From Alphaproteobacteria bacterium (lineage in GTDB: Bacteria > Pseudomonadota > Alphaproteobacteria > HIMB59), in contig JAQWMI010000018.1 of the NCBI GenBank assembly GCA_029246865.1, forward strand, positions 44,650 through 108,649: a stretch of 64,000 nt of DNA, written 5' to 3'. Below are positions 40,664 through 50,519 of the stretch, in pieces. A program made the position numbers and the translations under genes. Position 1 is the stretch's first letter. Every line of letters begins with the position of its first letter. Under the pieces are notes generated by a model. The model searched no databases, was not told the DNA's origin, and saw only the letters and a list, made by a program, of their open reading frames with translations.

Positions 40664-40771
40664 ATGAAAAATTTAAAAAAAAAAAATAAGAAAGTTCTCT
40701 TATGGCTTATAATAGCAGCTGTATTTTTTTATTTTTTTACAATCTATAGAATTAAATCTGGTTTTGCTTGA
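40664..40771 (+). CDS. Small single-TM protein (35 aa) between ctaB and ctaG
   Basis: Below the ORF-track cut-off. Own translation: MKNLKKKNKKVLLWLIIAAVFFYFFTIYRIKSGFA. It starts directly after the ctaB stop, and its stop overlaps the TTG start of ctaG (TTGA). Confidence 0.45.
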   Translation: MKNLKKKNKKVLLWLIIAAVFFYFFTIYRIKSGFA

Positions 40772-41301
40772 TTATTACTAATAAACAAAAGACCATTATT
40801 TTTTTATCAATCATCCTAATAGGCATGATGTCCTTAGTATATTTTTCTGTCCCTCTTTATAAAATGTTTTGCCAAGTGACTGGCTTTCAGGGCTTTAATG
40901 CCACACAAACTGAAAATACTTATAGCTCCGAAACTGACTCATCATTAAAATTTAATATTGTATTTGATGCTCATGTTGGAGATGGATTGGATTGGTACTT
41001 TGATGCTCCTGAAAAAATGACAATAAATGAAGGTAAAAAATATAGCGTAGTTTTTAAAGCTAAAAATAATTCTAACGTTCAAATAACAGGCACTTCATTA
41101 TTTAATGTATTACCCCCTAAAATAGGGCCTTATTTGGCTAAAATAGAATGTTTTTGCTTTTTAGATCAACCTTTAAATCCAGGAGAGATTGCTGAATTTC
41201 CTGTTACATTTTATATTGATCCTTTAATTAAAGATGATCCAGAAGCAAAAAATACAAGGAATGTCACTTTGTCATATACCTTTTTCCGCAAAATAGATTG
41301 A
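40768..41301 (+). CDS. ctaG: Cytochrome c oxidase assembly protein CtaG/Cox11
   Basis: VPLYKMFCQVTGF and the KIECFCF copper-binding motif. Confidence 0.9.
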   Translation: MIITNKQKTIIFLSIILIGMMSLVYFSVPLYKMFCQVTGFQGFNATQTENTYSSETDSSLKFNIVFDAHVGDGLDWYFDAPEKMTINEGKKYSVVFKAKNNSNVQITGTSLFNVLPPKIGPYLAKIECFCFLDQPLNPGEIAEFPVTFYIDPLIKDDPEAKNTRNVTLSYTFFRKID

Positions 41302-41314
41302 AATCATTCTTATA

Positions 41315-42157
41315 ATGGTAGATCTAGTATTTGAAGACTCTAAAAAGAAACATAAATTTCATCTTGTTAACCCAAGTCCTTGGCCCTTTGTTGGGGCTTT
41401 TTCAACTCTTTTCTTAGCAGCAGGCGCTATACTATATATGCACTACGACATGATATGGCCAGTGGCACTAGGATTTACCGCAATTCTCTTAACGATGTTT
41501 TTTTGGTGGAAGGATATCATTAAAGAAAGCACTGAGTTAAAAGTTCATAACTCAATCACCGAGATCGGATTGAGATATGGAATGGCTTTATTTATTACTT
41601 CTGAAGTAATGTTTTTTGTTGCCTTTTTCTGGGCATTTTTTGATGCAAGTCTTTTACCAAAATCTTTTATTGAAGACTATAAAGATGTTTTTACTGGTAC
41701 TTTTGGAATAGGTATTTGGCCTCCTGAAGGTATTGAAACTTTCGATCCTTTAGATATTCCATATTTAAATACTTTAATTCTTCTGCTTTCAGGTTCTACC
41801 TGCACTTGGGCTCACCATGAAGTGAGGGAGGGAAATATTAAGGAAGCGATAAAAGGCTTAAAAATTACAGTAGCATTAGGTTTTTTCTTTAGCCTTTTAC
41901 AAGCCTATGAATATCAACATGCTCATTTTGGTTTCACAGATGGCATTTATCCTTCTACATTTTACATGGCCACAGGATTTCATGGGTTTCATGTTCTAGT
42001 TGGAACTATTTTCTTATTTGTTTGCTTAATTAGAGCTCAGAAAAACCATTTAACACCAGAAAGACACTTTGGTTTTGAAGCTGCTGCATGGTATTGGCAT
42101 TTTGTTGATGTCGTTTGGCTGTTTCTATATGTAAGTGTTTATTGGTGGGGTAGATAA
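41315..42157 (+). CDS. ctaE: Cytochrome c oxidase subunit III
   Basis: HKFHLVNPSPWP, GFHGFHV, and WYWHFVDVVWLFLY. Confidence 0.93.
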   Translation: MVDLVFEDSKKKHKFHLVNPSPWPFVGAFSTLFLAAGAILYMHYDMIWPVALGFTAILLTMFFWWKDIIKESTELKVHNSITEIGLRYGMALFITSEVMFFVAFFWAFFDASLLPKSFIEDYKDVFTGTFGIGIWPPEGIETFDPLDIPYLNTLILLLSGSTCTWAHHEVREGNIKEAIKGLKITVALGFFFSLLQAYEYQHAHFGFTDGIYPSTFYMATGFHGFHVLVGTIFLFVCLIRAQKNHLTPERHFGFEAAAWYWHFVDVVWLFLYVSVYWWGR

Positions 42158-42490
42158 ATAAATCCCTCTTTATTAAACACTATCCTAAAAAGCAAATGTC
42201 CTAAGTGTGGTATGGGAGATTTATATTCATCAGGGCTGACAGTCAATAACTCATGTAAAGAGTGTCAATTAGATCTTTTAAATCATGACTGTGGTGATGG
42301 GCCTTCGGTATTCTCTATCTTGATCTTAGGGTTTTCGATTATACCATTAGCTATATTTATTGAGTTTAATTTTCAACCTCCATATTTATTTCATATATTA
42401 CTATGGCCCTTAATCATTCTTTCCTCTTCAATCTTTATAATAAAAAAAATCAAATCATTTTTTATTTTTAAAAAATATCAGCACCATTGA
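42158..42490 (+). CDS. DUF983 zinc-ribbon membrane protein; start codon unresolved (first ATG at 42212 truncates a conserved motif)
   Basis: Own translation of the in-frame codons after the ctaE TAA: (I)NPSLLNTILKSKCPKCGMGDLYSSGLTVNNSCKECQLDL...DGPS. Both CxxC pairs of the DUF983 ribbon need the region upstream of the ATG. Confidence 0.7.
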   Translation: MNPSLLNTILKSKCPKCGMGDLYSSGLTVNNSCKECQLDLLNHDCGDGPSVFSILILGFSIIPLAIFIEFNFQPPYLFHILLWPLIILSSSIFIIKKIKSFFIFKKYQHH

Positions 42491-43164
42491 ATAAAAAAAA
42501 TTCATTGTCTATTTTTTTTGTTTTTGCATGTTGCTTAACATTTTTGTTAGGAACATGGCAATACCAGAGATTAATATGGAAAAATGATCTTATTAATAAT
42601 GTAGAGCAATCAATTAATAATCCTTCCATCTTTGATGAAAGCATTATATATCCAGAATTAACAGGAGTCATATCGTCGAATAACTTTAGTATTCAAAATA
42701 ATCCAATTTTTGTTGGATCTAAAACATATCAAGGTAAGAATGGATTCCATCTTTATTTCCCTGTTTTTAAAAATACTGACTTAATAACCGTATTAAATGC
42801 TGGCTGGATTAGCAGTACTGATAAAGAGAACATTAATGATATATATAATCAAATCTTAAATACTAAAACATACAAAATATATTTAAGAAATTATTTTAAT
42901 AAAAAACCTTATTTTACTCCAGAGAATAATGTTAGTAAAAATGAATGGTTTTATCCAGGTCGACCTGATTTAGAAAATTTCTATCAAAAAAAAATTCAAC
43001 TTGATCAATATTTTGTTCTAGCTGAAGTTTCTATAAATAAATACTTTGTTAATCCGATGAATCTCTTACGAAATAGTCATTTACAGTACTTACTTACATG
43101 GTACTTATTAAGTTTTACGAGTTTAGTAATGCTGGTAATAAATAGAAGATATAAGAATGAATGA
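42487..43164 (+). CDS. SURF1 family cytochrome oxidase biogenesis protein
   Basis: N-terminal TM with LGTWQ.QRL.WK, and C-terminal HLQY..TWY plus a TM helix. TTG start overlaps the DUF983 stop. Confidence 0.85.
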   Translation: MNKKNSLSIFFVFACCLTFLLGTWQYQRLIWKNDLINNVEQSINNPSIFDESIIYPELTGVISSNNFSIQNNPIFVGSKTYQGKNGFHLYFPVFKNTDLITVLNAGWISSTDKENINDIYNQILNTKTYKIYLRNYFNKKPYFTPENNVSKNEWFYPGRPDLENFYQKKIQLDQYFVLAEVSINKYFVNPMNLLRNSHLQYLLTWYLLSFTSLVMLVINRRYKNE

Positions 43165-44596
43165 ATTAAAAAACATATTTAAAGAATATTATACATTGAA
43201 TGATATTGGGGGTATTCTTTTTTGGGACAATGCCACTTATCTTCCTCAAGGTAGTTCTGAATCAAGATCTGAACAATTAGCTGTATTAAGTAAATTGACT
43301 GATAAAACTCTAAGAAGTGATAAGATTGAAAGTATTATTAATTCTATCGTAGTTAATAATTTATCTGATTTTGACAAAAAAAATTTCATACTAATGAAAA
43401 ATATTATTCGTCAGGAAAATTCTGTAGATCCTCTTTTAAAAGAAAAACTAACAAGAAAAAAAATTCAATGCGAACAAGCTTGGAGATTGTCAAAGGAAAA
43501 AAATGATATATCTATTGTAAAAGATCTTTTTAATGATGTTCTTACTTTAACTAAAGAAGAGGCTAAACAATTATCATCAAATTCAACTAAATCACCATAC
43601 GACTCATTAATTAATAAATACGATATGGATTTATCTTCAAAAACAATTGATGATTTATTTTCTGTAATTCGAAATAATATTATACCCACGTATTTAAATA
43701 TTAATAAAATTCATAATACGAGCATACCTTCATTACATATGACTAATTCTGATTTATTAAGTGAAATGAAAATTTTTTTAAAAGCTCTTAAATTTGATTT
43801 TAACAGAGGAAGAATAGATTTATCGAGTCATCCATTTTGCGGAGGGGCAAATAATGATATAAGAATTACCACTAGGTTTGAAAAAAATGTTTTTGAATCT
43901 CTGTCTGCTCTTTTTCACGAGACGGGTCATGGGTTATATGAGCAAAATCGACCATCTAACAATTTATATCAGCCAATAGGCCAAGCTCGTAGTTTAACAT
44001 TTCACGAAAGTCAGTCTTTATTTTTTGAAAATCATATTTTTAAATCACTTGATTTTTTTAGCTTAATTATGAAAAAATTTAATAATCAAGAAGATTTATT
44101 AAATATATTTAAACAAAATTATCACTCAGTTAGAATGAATCCAATAAGAGTAAGTTCTGATGAATTTTCCTATCCAATTCATATTTATATACGCTATGAA
44201 ATTGAAAAAATAATATTTTCTGAAAACATCGATTTAAGTGATATCAGAGAAATTTGGAATAAAATGTATAAGGATATGCTTGATATTGATGTTATCAATG
44301 ACAGCGAAGGTATTTTGCAGGATATCCACTGGTTTGAGGGGATGTATGGATATTTTCCAACTTACGCTACAGGTGCAATGATGGCTTCTCAATTAAAATA
44401 TAATTGTCCTAGCTATGATCAATTTATTATAAGTCCTAATGTAAATAATATGGAAGGTGTCTCACAGTGGCTTATTGATAACGTTCATCAATTTGGTTCT
44501 GAACTCAGTACTTCTGAGATATTAAATAAAATATCTAATGAGGATTTAAATCCAAACTATTTAGTGAAACATTTGAAAGAAAGATTTAAAGTATAA
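43157..44596 (+). CDS. Carboxypeptidase Taq-type metallopeptidase (M32)
   Basis: HPFCGG, the HETGHGLYE zinc site, HESQS, IRVSSDE, and LQDIHW. Confidence 0.88.
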   Translation: MNELKNIFKEYYTLNDIGGILFWDNATYLPQGSSESRSEQLAVLSKLTDKTLRSDKIESIINSIVVNNLSDFDKKNFILMKNIIRQENSVDPLLKEKLTRKKIQCEQAWRLSKEKNDISIVKDLFNDVLTLTKEEAKQLSSNSTKSPYDSLINKYDMDLSSKTIDDLFSVIRNNIIPTYLNINKIHNTSIPSLHMTNSDLLSEMKIFLKALKFDFNRGRIDLSSHPFCGGANNDIRITTRFEKNVFESLSALFHETGHGLYEQNRPSNNLYQPIGQARSLTFHESQSLFFENHIFKSLDFFSLIMKKFNNQEDLLNIFKQNYHSVRMNPIRVSSDEFSYPIHIYIRYEIEKIIFSENIDLSDIREIWNKMYKDMLDIDVINDSEGILQDIHWFEGMYGYFPTYATGAMMASQLKYNCPSYDQFIISPNVNNMEGVSQWLIDNVHQFGSELSTSEILNKISNEDLNPNYLVKHLKERFKV

Positions 44597-44600
44597 TCTT

Positions 44601-45962
44601 ATGCAGTATGTTAGTACAAGAGATCAGGATAGGATTTTTACCTCTGAAGATGTTTTAAATCTAGGTTTAGCACCTGATGGTGGGCTTTTTGTACCCAAAG
44701 AATTTCCTTCATTCACCAATCAGGAAATTACAAATCTTAAAAATAAAGATTTTAAAATTATTGCCTTTAGCATATTAGAAAAATTTCTCCTTGATTTATT
44801 TTCTAGTACTGAAATTAGAGATATTATTAACGAGGCTTATGAGAATTTTGATGAAGGTATCGTCTCAACTACAAATCTTAAAGACGTTACTCTTTTAAAC
44901 CTATTTCACGGACCCACACTAGCTTTTAAGGACTATGCAATGTGTTTATTAGCAAAAATTTATGAGTTTTATTTAAAAAAAAATAATAAATCATTAGTGG
45001 TAATAGGCGCAACCTCTGGTGATACTGGTTCCGCTGCTATACATGCATTTCAAAATTTAAAAAATATAAAAATTTGTATTTTACATCCACATAACGGAAC
45101 CTCTGAATTTCAGAGAAAGCAAATGACCACTACAGGTAGTGACAATGTATTTAATATAGCTCTAGAAGGCACTTTTGATGATTGTCAGTCAATTGTAAAA
45201 AAAGCATTCAATGATAGTGAATTAACTCAAGACCAGTCATTTACTGCCGTTAATTCAATTAATTGGTTTAGAATTTTACCTCAAACTATTTATTATGCTT
45301 GGGCATTAAGTAACTATGGTTTTACAAATTTTGTAGTGCCAACAGGTAACTTTGGAAATATTTATGCTGCTTATATTCTCAAAAAAATGGGCTTCCCAAT
45401 TAATAATTTAGTGGCTGCTACTAATGAAAATAATATTTTACATAGGTTTATTTCTAATAATGATTTGTCTATAAAAAAAGTATTGAAAACGAATAGTCCA
45501 AGTATGGATATTGTTATTTCAAGTAACTTTGAAAGACTTATTCATGATTTTATTGGACCTGAAAAAACAAAAGAAGTATTTTCAAATATTGGATTAAAAA
45601 ATAACTCTCTTAGAATAGACCAGAGAGACTATATCCAAATTAGTGAATTTTTTAAGTCAGGAATGGCCAGTTCTTTACAAGTAACTGAAGAGATTAGAAA
45701 AACATTTCAAATTAGTAATGTAGTAATAGATCCTCACACAGCAGTTGGTGTCTCAGTAGCTAGATCTTTAAATTTAGATAATACATGCGCTTTAGCGTGC
45801 GCTCATCCTGTTAAATTTCAAGAAACAGTTATTGCGTCAATTGGTGATACTAATTCAGTGTTTGATAAAAGTATCTCTTTTAATAATTCTGAGAGGTATG
45901 ACATTTTAGGTAATGACTATGATGTTTTTAAAAATTATATTATAAAAAATGCCAAATCTTAA
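44601..45962 (+). CDS. thrC: Threonine synthase
   Basis: YVSTR, GGLFVP, the HGPTLAFKD PLP-lysine motif, and ATSGDTGSA. Confidence 0.9.
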   Translation: MQYVSTRDQDRIFTSEDVLNLGLAPDGGLFVPKEFPSFTNQEITNLKNKDFKIIAFSILEKFLLDLFSSTEIRDIINEAYENFDEGIVSTTNLKDVTLLNLFHGPTLAFKDYAMCLLAKIYEFYLKKNNKSLVVIGATSGDTGSAAIHAFQNLKNIKICILHPHNGTSEFQRKQMTTTGSDNVFNIALEGTFDDCQSIVKKAFNDSELTQDQSFTAVNSINWFRILPQTIYYAWALSNYGFTNFVVPTGNFGNIYAAYILKKMGFPINNLVAATNENNILHRFISNNDLSIKKVLKTNSPSMDIVISSNFERLIHDFIGPEKTKEVFSNIGLKNNSLRIDQRDYIQISEFFKSGMASSLQVTEEIRKTFQISNVVIDPHTAVGVSVARSLNLDNTCALACAHPVKFQETVIASIGDTNSVFDKSISFNNSERYDILGNDYDVFKNYIIKNAKS

Positions 45963-47202
45963 AAAGCTTAAAAATGGAGTCACTGTTTTAACTGACTATG
46001 TCAGTTCTGTTGAAACTGTTTGTGTTGGAATGTGGGTTTATGTGGGCGCTAGAAATGAAACTAAAGAAAATAATGGTGTAGCTCACTTATTAGAACATAT
46101 GGCCTTTAAAGGCACCAAGAATAGATCAGCAAAACAAATATCTGATGAAGTGGAAATGATCGGTGGTCATGTAAATGCCTACACATCCAGAGAAATTACG
46201 GCTTATCATATGAAAGTCCTAAAGGAAGACATTAAAACTTCTGTTGATATCATCAGCGATATTATGCAATTTTCATCTTTTGACCCTAAGGAACTAGATA
46301 GAGAAAGAGGTGTAATTCTTCAGGAAATAGGTATGTACCTAGATACTCCTGATGATTTAGTTTTTGATAAATGGCAAGAGACAGCGTATCCAAATCAGCC
46401 CATGGGAAGATCTATATTAGGAACTACAGATATTATCAAAAACATTAAACGTGATGAAGTAAATGGCTTTATGAATGATTTTTACAATCCTGAAAAAATG
46501 GTTTTTTCTGTTTCAGGTAATTTTAATGAGCAAGAAGTTATCGATTTGATTGACAGTAAATTTAATCATCTGCCTCGAGGTAAAAATAATTATTCAGAAA
46601 ATTCAAAATATCTAGGAGGAGAGTACAGGCAAAATAAAGATTTAGAGCAGGTTAATCTTGTTTTAGGATTTGATGGTGTCGATTATTTCTCAGACTTATA
46701 CTATCCTACAGCCTTATATTCAGCTGTTCTTGGTTCAGGCATGTCCTCAAGATTATTCCAGGAAATTAGAGAAAAAAGAGGGCTAGTATACTCTATATCC
46801 AGTTTTTCTTCTTCTTACACAGATACCGGTAGTTTTGGTATATATGCTGGAACAGGGTCAAAAGAGATAAAAGAATTAATACCCGTACTTTGTGACCAAT
46901 TAAATGTTGATGCCAAATCTTTTGCGCCTGAGGAACTCAAAAGAGCAAAGGCATTATTTAAATCATCTTTATTAATGGGGAATGAAAGTACTTCTAGAAG
47001 AGCCCAAATGAATGCTACGCAACAGTTATTATTTGATCGAGTAATTCCTCAAGAGGAAAGAATGAAAAAAATTAATGCTATTACTCTTGAAGATTTAGAA
47101 AAAGCTAGGTTAAAAATAATTGAATCAGCTATTACAATTTCTGCGATTGGCCCAATTGAAAATTTAGAAACACTAGACTCAATTTCAAAAAGATTGAATT
47201 AA
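45949..47202 (+). CDS. M16 family zinc peptidase (mitochondrial-processing-peptidase-like)
   Basis: GVAHLLEHMAFKGT inverted zinc motif (HxxEH) and downstream E ligands (REITAY, GVILQEI). Confidence 0.87.
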   Translation: MPNLKKLKNGVTVLTDYVSSVETVCVGMWVYVGARNETKENNGVAHLLEHMAFKGTKNRSAKQISDEVEMIGGHVNAYTSREITAYHMKVLKEDIKTSVDIISDIMQFSSFDPKELDRERGVILQEIGMYLDTPDDLVFDKWQETAYPNQPMGRSILGTTDIIKNIKRDEVNGFMNDFYNPEKMVFSVSGNFNEQEVIDLIDSKFNHLPRGKNNYSENSKYLGGEYRQNKDLEQVNLVLGFDGVDYFSDLYYPTALYSAVLGSGMSSRLFQEIREKRGLVYSISSFSSSYTDTGSFGIYAGTGSKEIKELIPVLCDQLNVDAKSFAPEELKRAKALFKSSLLMGNESTSRRAQMNATQQLLFDRVIPQEERMKKINAITLEDLEKARLKIIESAITISAIGPIENLETLDSISKRLN

Positions 47203-47625
47203 ATTTTCAGCAGCCTCCCGAGCTAACTCATCAGCTTCATTATTATATTTATCTGTAGAATGCCCTTTAACCCAGTTCCAATTTATATTTTTGAAAGAGG
47301 TTTGATCATCAAGAATTAACCATAAGTCTTTATTTTTAACTGGTTTTTTATTTGCAGTTTTCCAATTATTTTTTTTCCAGTTTGTGATCCAGTTATTAAT
47401 ACCATTTTTTAAATAGTTACTATCAGTAATGATAGTTATAGGCTCATTGTCTTTACTGAGAAATTCTAAAGCTTTTATAGCTGCAGTAAGTTCCATCCTA
47501 TTATTTGTAGTTTCTTTCTCATAGCCATAATGGGATAAATACTGACTCTTAGATTTTAAAACAAAAGCCCAACCACCAATTCCTGGATTACCAAGGCATG
47601 ACCCGTCTGTATAAACAGTTATCAA
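47185..47625 (-). CDS. rnhA: Ribonuclease HI
   Basis: YTDGSCLGNPG.GGW, NNRMEL, TDS.Y, W.WVKGH, and NE.ADELA. Confidence 0.92.
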   Translation of the reverse strand: MITVYTDGSCLGNPGIGGWAFVLKSKSQYLSHYGYEKETTNNRMELTAAIKALEFLSKDNEPITIITDSNYLKNGINNWITNWKKNNWKTANKKPVKNKDLWLILDDQTSFKNINWNWVKGHSTDKYNNEADELAREAAENLIQSF

Positions 47626-48560
47626 ATGAAATCTTCTAAATTATTTTTTTGATGAAATCTAAGAATATGGAAAAAATCCATTGGATCTTTATGATTTACA
47701 TCACCTGAATTATTAAAATACATATCGTGAAGTCTTGTTAAAAAAAATCTTATAGCACTAGCCTTTAAATAAAAGTTAAAATTTTCCTTCTCATATTTAG
47801 ATAAATTTATTTTATTTAAATAGTTATTTAAAAATAGCTTACAATTTTCTTCACTAAACTTATCTACAAAAAACCATGAATTTATTAATGTCGATAAATC
47901 ATAAATGATTGTATCATTACACGAAAAGAAAAAATCAATTATCCCTGTAATTTTATTATTTTCAAAAAAAACGTTATCCGGAAATAGATCAGCATGAATT
48001 AATGAAGTATCCAAATTATTAGGAAATTGACCCCGCATTTCTTCAATAGACTCTGAAACTAATTTTAGTTCTTCATTAAAATTATGTTCTTTAAAATCAT
48101 GAAATTTGCCAAGTATGTATGACCATGATGGTATCAACATCGTATTATACCTATTCAATTTTGACTCTCTGCCAATCATATGCATTTTTGCCATCATTTC
48201 TGACAAAGAAATAGAGACATCTTTGTTAATTATCTTTGTTGGTCTTCCTTTTAAAAAGTTATAAATAGAACAATTTTTATTCTTTATCTTAAAGATATTT
48301 TTCCCATCTAACTCAAATGCTGTGGGGCAAGAAATACCTTTTTCTTTGAACTCTAGCATTGCATTATTGAAAAATGGTAGATCTTCTTCTTTTGTTCTTT
48401 TTTCAAAAATCGTGAGAATATATTTTTTATTATCTTCTAACGTGACTTTATAGTTGGTATTTTCAACACCTTCTTGTATGCCCTCTAATTGTGTAATTTT
48501 ACCAATATTGATAAATAATATTTGAGCTTCAGATTGGGATATATTTGTATAAACAGCCAT
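47622..48560 (-). CDS. thrB: Homoserine kinase, type II (APH/choline-kinase fold)
   Basis: GVENTNY, the IHADLFPDNVFF catalytic loop, and GIIDF. The ispH-thrB-rnhA context is typical of alphaproteobacteria. Confidence 0.83.
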   Translation of the reverse strand: MAVYTNISQSEAQILFINIGKITQLEGIQEGVENTNYKVTLEDNKKYILTIFEKRTKEEDLPFFNNAMLEFKEKGISCPTAFELDGKNIFKIKNKNCSIYNFLKGRPTKIINKDVSISLSEMMAKMHMIGRESKLNRYNTMLIPSWSYILGKFHDFKEHNFNEELKLVSESIEEMRGQFPNNLDTSLIHADLFPDNVFFENNKITGIIDFFFSCNDTIIYDLSTLINSWFFVDKFSEENCKLFLNNYLNKINLSKYEKENFNFYLKASAIRFFLTRLHDMYFNNSGDVNHKDPMDFFHILRFHQKNNLEDFI

Positions 48561-49510
48561 TAATTTAAAAAGTTGGGCACTTTAAATTTTACATTTTCTG
48601 GTATTTTTTGATCATTGATTGTTATGGAAAAATTTTCTTCTAACTTACTTACAAATTTTCTGATTAGCTCTTCAGGAGCTGAAGCGCTAGCAGTTAAACC
48701 TATATTTTTATAATGTTTTAAGGCTTGAAAGTCAAAATCATCAATATTTTGAACTAGCAGTGCATGTGGTGAACCGAAAAGCTTGGCAGTTTCTACTAAT
48801 CTTACAGAATTTGAGGAATTATTTGCACCAATTACATAAAAAGCTTCTACTTTTTTTGCAAGTTCTTGAACAGATAACTGTCTATTTGAAGTTGCATAGC
48901 ATATATCTGATTTTTTTGGTTCGGTTATATCTGGGAATTTTTCTTTTATAGCCTTAACAATACTTGAGGTATCATAAACAGATAATGTGGTTTGGGTTAC
49001 ATATGCAATTTTTTGATTCTTCTTAAAATCTAATGCTTCAACATCTTTTACATCTTCTACAAGAATAATATTTTCTTTATTCTTTGCTTGACCAATGGTT
49101 CCAATAACCTCTGGATGAAACTTATGACCTATCATAATTATTTTAAAATTATCTTTTTCTAAAATTTCAACTTCACGGTGTATCTTACTTACTAAAGGGC
49201 ATGTAGCATCTAAGTGAAATAAATTTAAATCTTTAGCTGATCGTATTACATCCTTGCTAACACCATGAGCAGAAAAGATCACAGGTGCTTTAGTGTCTTT
49301 AGGTATGTCCATTAAAGACTCAACAAATATAGCTCCTTTTTCTTTTAGTTCGTCTACTACATATTTGTTATGAACTATTTCATGCCTTACATATACAGGT
49401 GCACCGTATTTCAAAAGACTTTTTTCAACCATTTCAATTGCTCTATCAACACCTGCACAGAAGCCTCTGTATTCAGCTACATAAACATTAATATTGATTG
49501 ATTTTTCCAT
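48560..49510 (-). CDS. ispH: 4-hydroxy-3-methylbut-2-enyl diphosphate reductase
   Basis: GFCAGV, DATCPLV, and DICYAT supply the three cluster cysteines, plus the HE..HN and SSNS motifs. Confidence 0.93.
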   Translation of the reverse strand: MEKSININVYVAEYRGFCAGVDRAIEMVEKSLLKYGAPVYVRHEIVHNKYVVDELKEKGAIFVESLMDIPKDTKAPVIFSAHGVSKDVIRSAKDLNLFHLDATCPLVSKIHREVEILEKDNFKIIMIGHKFHPEVIGTIGQAKNKENIILVEDVKDVEALDFKKNQKIAYVTQTTLSVYDTSSIVKAIKEKFPDITEPKKSDICYATSNRQLSVQELAKKVEAFYVIGANNSSNSVRLVETAKLFGSPHALLVQNIDDFDFQALKHYKNIGLTASASAPEELIRKFVSKLEENFSITINDQKIPENVKFKVPNFLN

Positions 49511-49538
49511 TTATTACTTAATAATTAGTTTTAGCATA

Positions 49539-50030
49539 ATGTACAAAATTATCATTTTAATTATTATTTTTTCTCAATTATTTTCAGCTTGTTCATTTAA
49601 AGAAGATAAGGAAATAACTCAGCAGTTAGATTGCCCTAAACATTTTATTATTTCTGAGGCTGATACAATTTTGTATGAAAATAACGCTATTTTGTCTATC
49701 TTAAATAAACCCAATATCAATTGTTATAGACAACTTAATGATCCTAATAACGCTTATTTCGAAATCACGAATAATTATCAGCTCTTAAATATACCTAATG
49801 ACAAGTTGTTCGAAGGAAAATTTAATTCTTTATTTTTTGTTACAGACAGAGAAGAGAATTTAAAAATACACTCAATTGTTGAGGAAGTGTTTTTTAATAA
49901 CGATATTAAATGGAATACAAAAATCGATTCTCCTTTTTTAGATAGAGTGGAAATTAATTCCTATACATCCTTTACTTTAAAATTATCCGATTATTCAAAA
50001 GGTCTAAGATTTTTTTCAGCAGTTAATTAG
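49539..50030 (+). CDS. Putative lipoprotein, function unknown
   Basis: From the ATG at 49539: MYKIIILIIIFSQLFSACSF, a signal peptide plus lipobox (F-S-A-C). The track start at 49494 overlaps the ispH start. Confidence 0.5.
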   Translation: MYKIIILIIIFSQLFSACSFKEDKEITQQLDCPKHFIISEADTILYENNAILSILNKPNINCYRQLNDPNNAYFEITNNYQLLNIPNDKLFEGKFNSLFFVTDREENLKIHSIVEEVFFNNDIKWNTKIDSPFLDRVEINSYTSFTLKLSDYSKGLRFFSAVN

Positions 50031-50033
50031 ATA

Positions 50034-50519
50034 TTATTGAAAATTATTAAGCTCTTCTATTTTGTTTTTTAGAATATTAGTCTTTGTTTTACTTGGCATA
50101 TTTTCAAAATAATTCATTAATATCTCATCTAATTTTATAGAAGCTTGTGATTTGATTGTTTGAATAGTAGCAAGTTCAATTTGCTTAATTCTTTCAAGTG
50201 AATTTTTTTCTTTTGAAATTATAGTATTTTGATTTTTTTCAATCATTGATTTGGATACCACATCTGCTTGTATTTTAGCATCTTCTAATATTTCTTTAAT
50301 TTTAGAATCTAAGTCCTTTGTTGATTGAGTCGCTTCATTCAATTTTTTTTCAGCAATTGTAAAGCTCTCAAGAGAGAGATTGATACTTTTTTTAATTTCT
50401 TCAATCTTAGAGTCTAAACCACCAATCATAAATTTTTTGAAAGGTTTTATCATTAAAATGACAAATGTTATGAAAGAAACCAATAACCAAAATTTTGGAT
50501 CCTCAAGTAGATACATCAT
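50034..50519 (-). CDS. atpF: F0F1 ATP synthase subunit b
   Basis: N-terminal TM helix plus a long charged helix. Last gene of the F0 operon. Confidence 0.8.
   Translation of the reverse strand: MMYLLEDPKFWLLVSFITFVILMIKPFKKFMIGGLDSKIEEIKKSINLSLESFTIAEKKLNEATQSTKDLDSKIKEILEDAKIQADVVSKSMIEKNQNTIISKEKNSLERIKQIELATIQTIKSQASIKLDEILMNYFENMPSKTKTNILKNKIEELNNFQ

Noticed and set aside
40675-40686. The A12 homopolymer as evidence of a frameshifted pseudogene between ctaB and ctaG.
   Set aside because: The run sits inside an intact 35-codon ORF with sensible start and stop coupling to both neighbours. Neither ctaB nor ctaG is truncated, so nothing needs rescuing.
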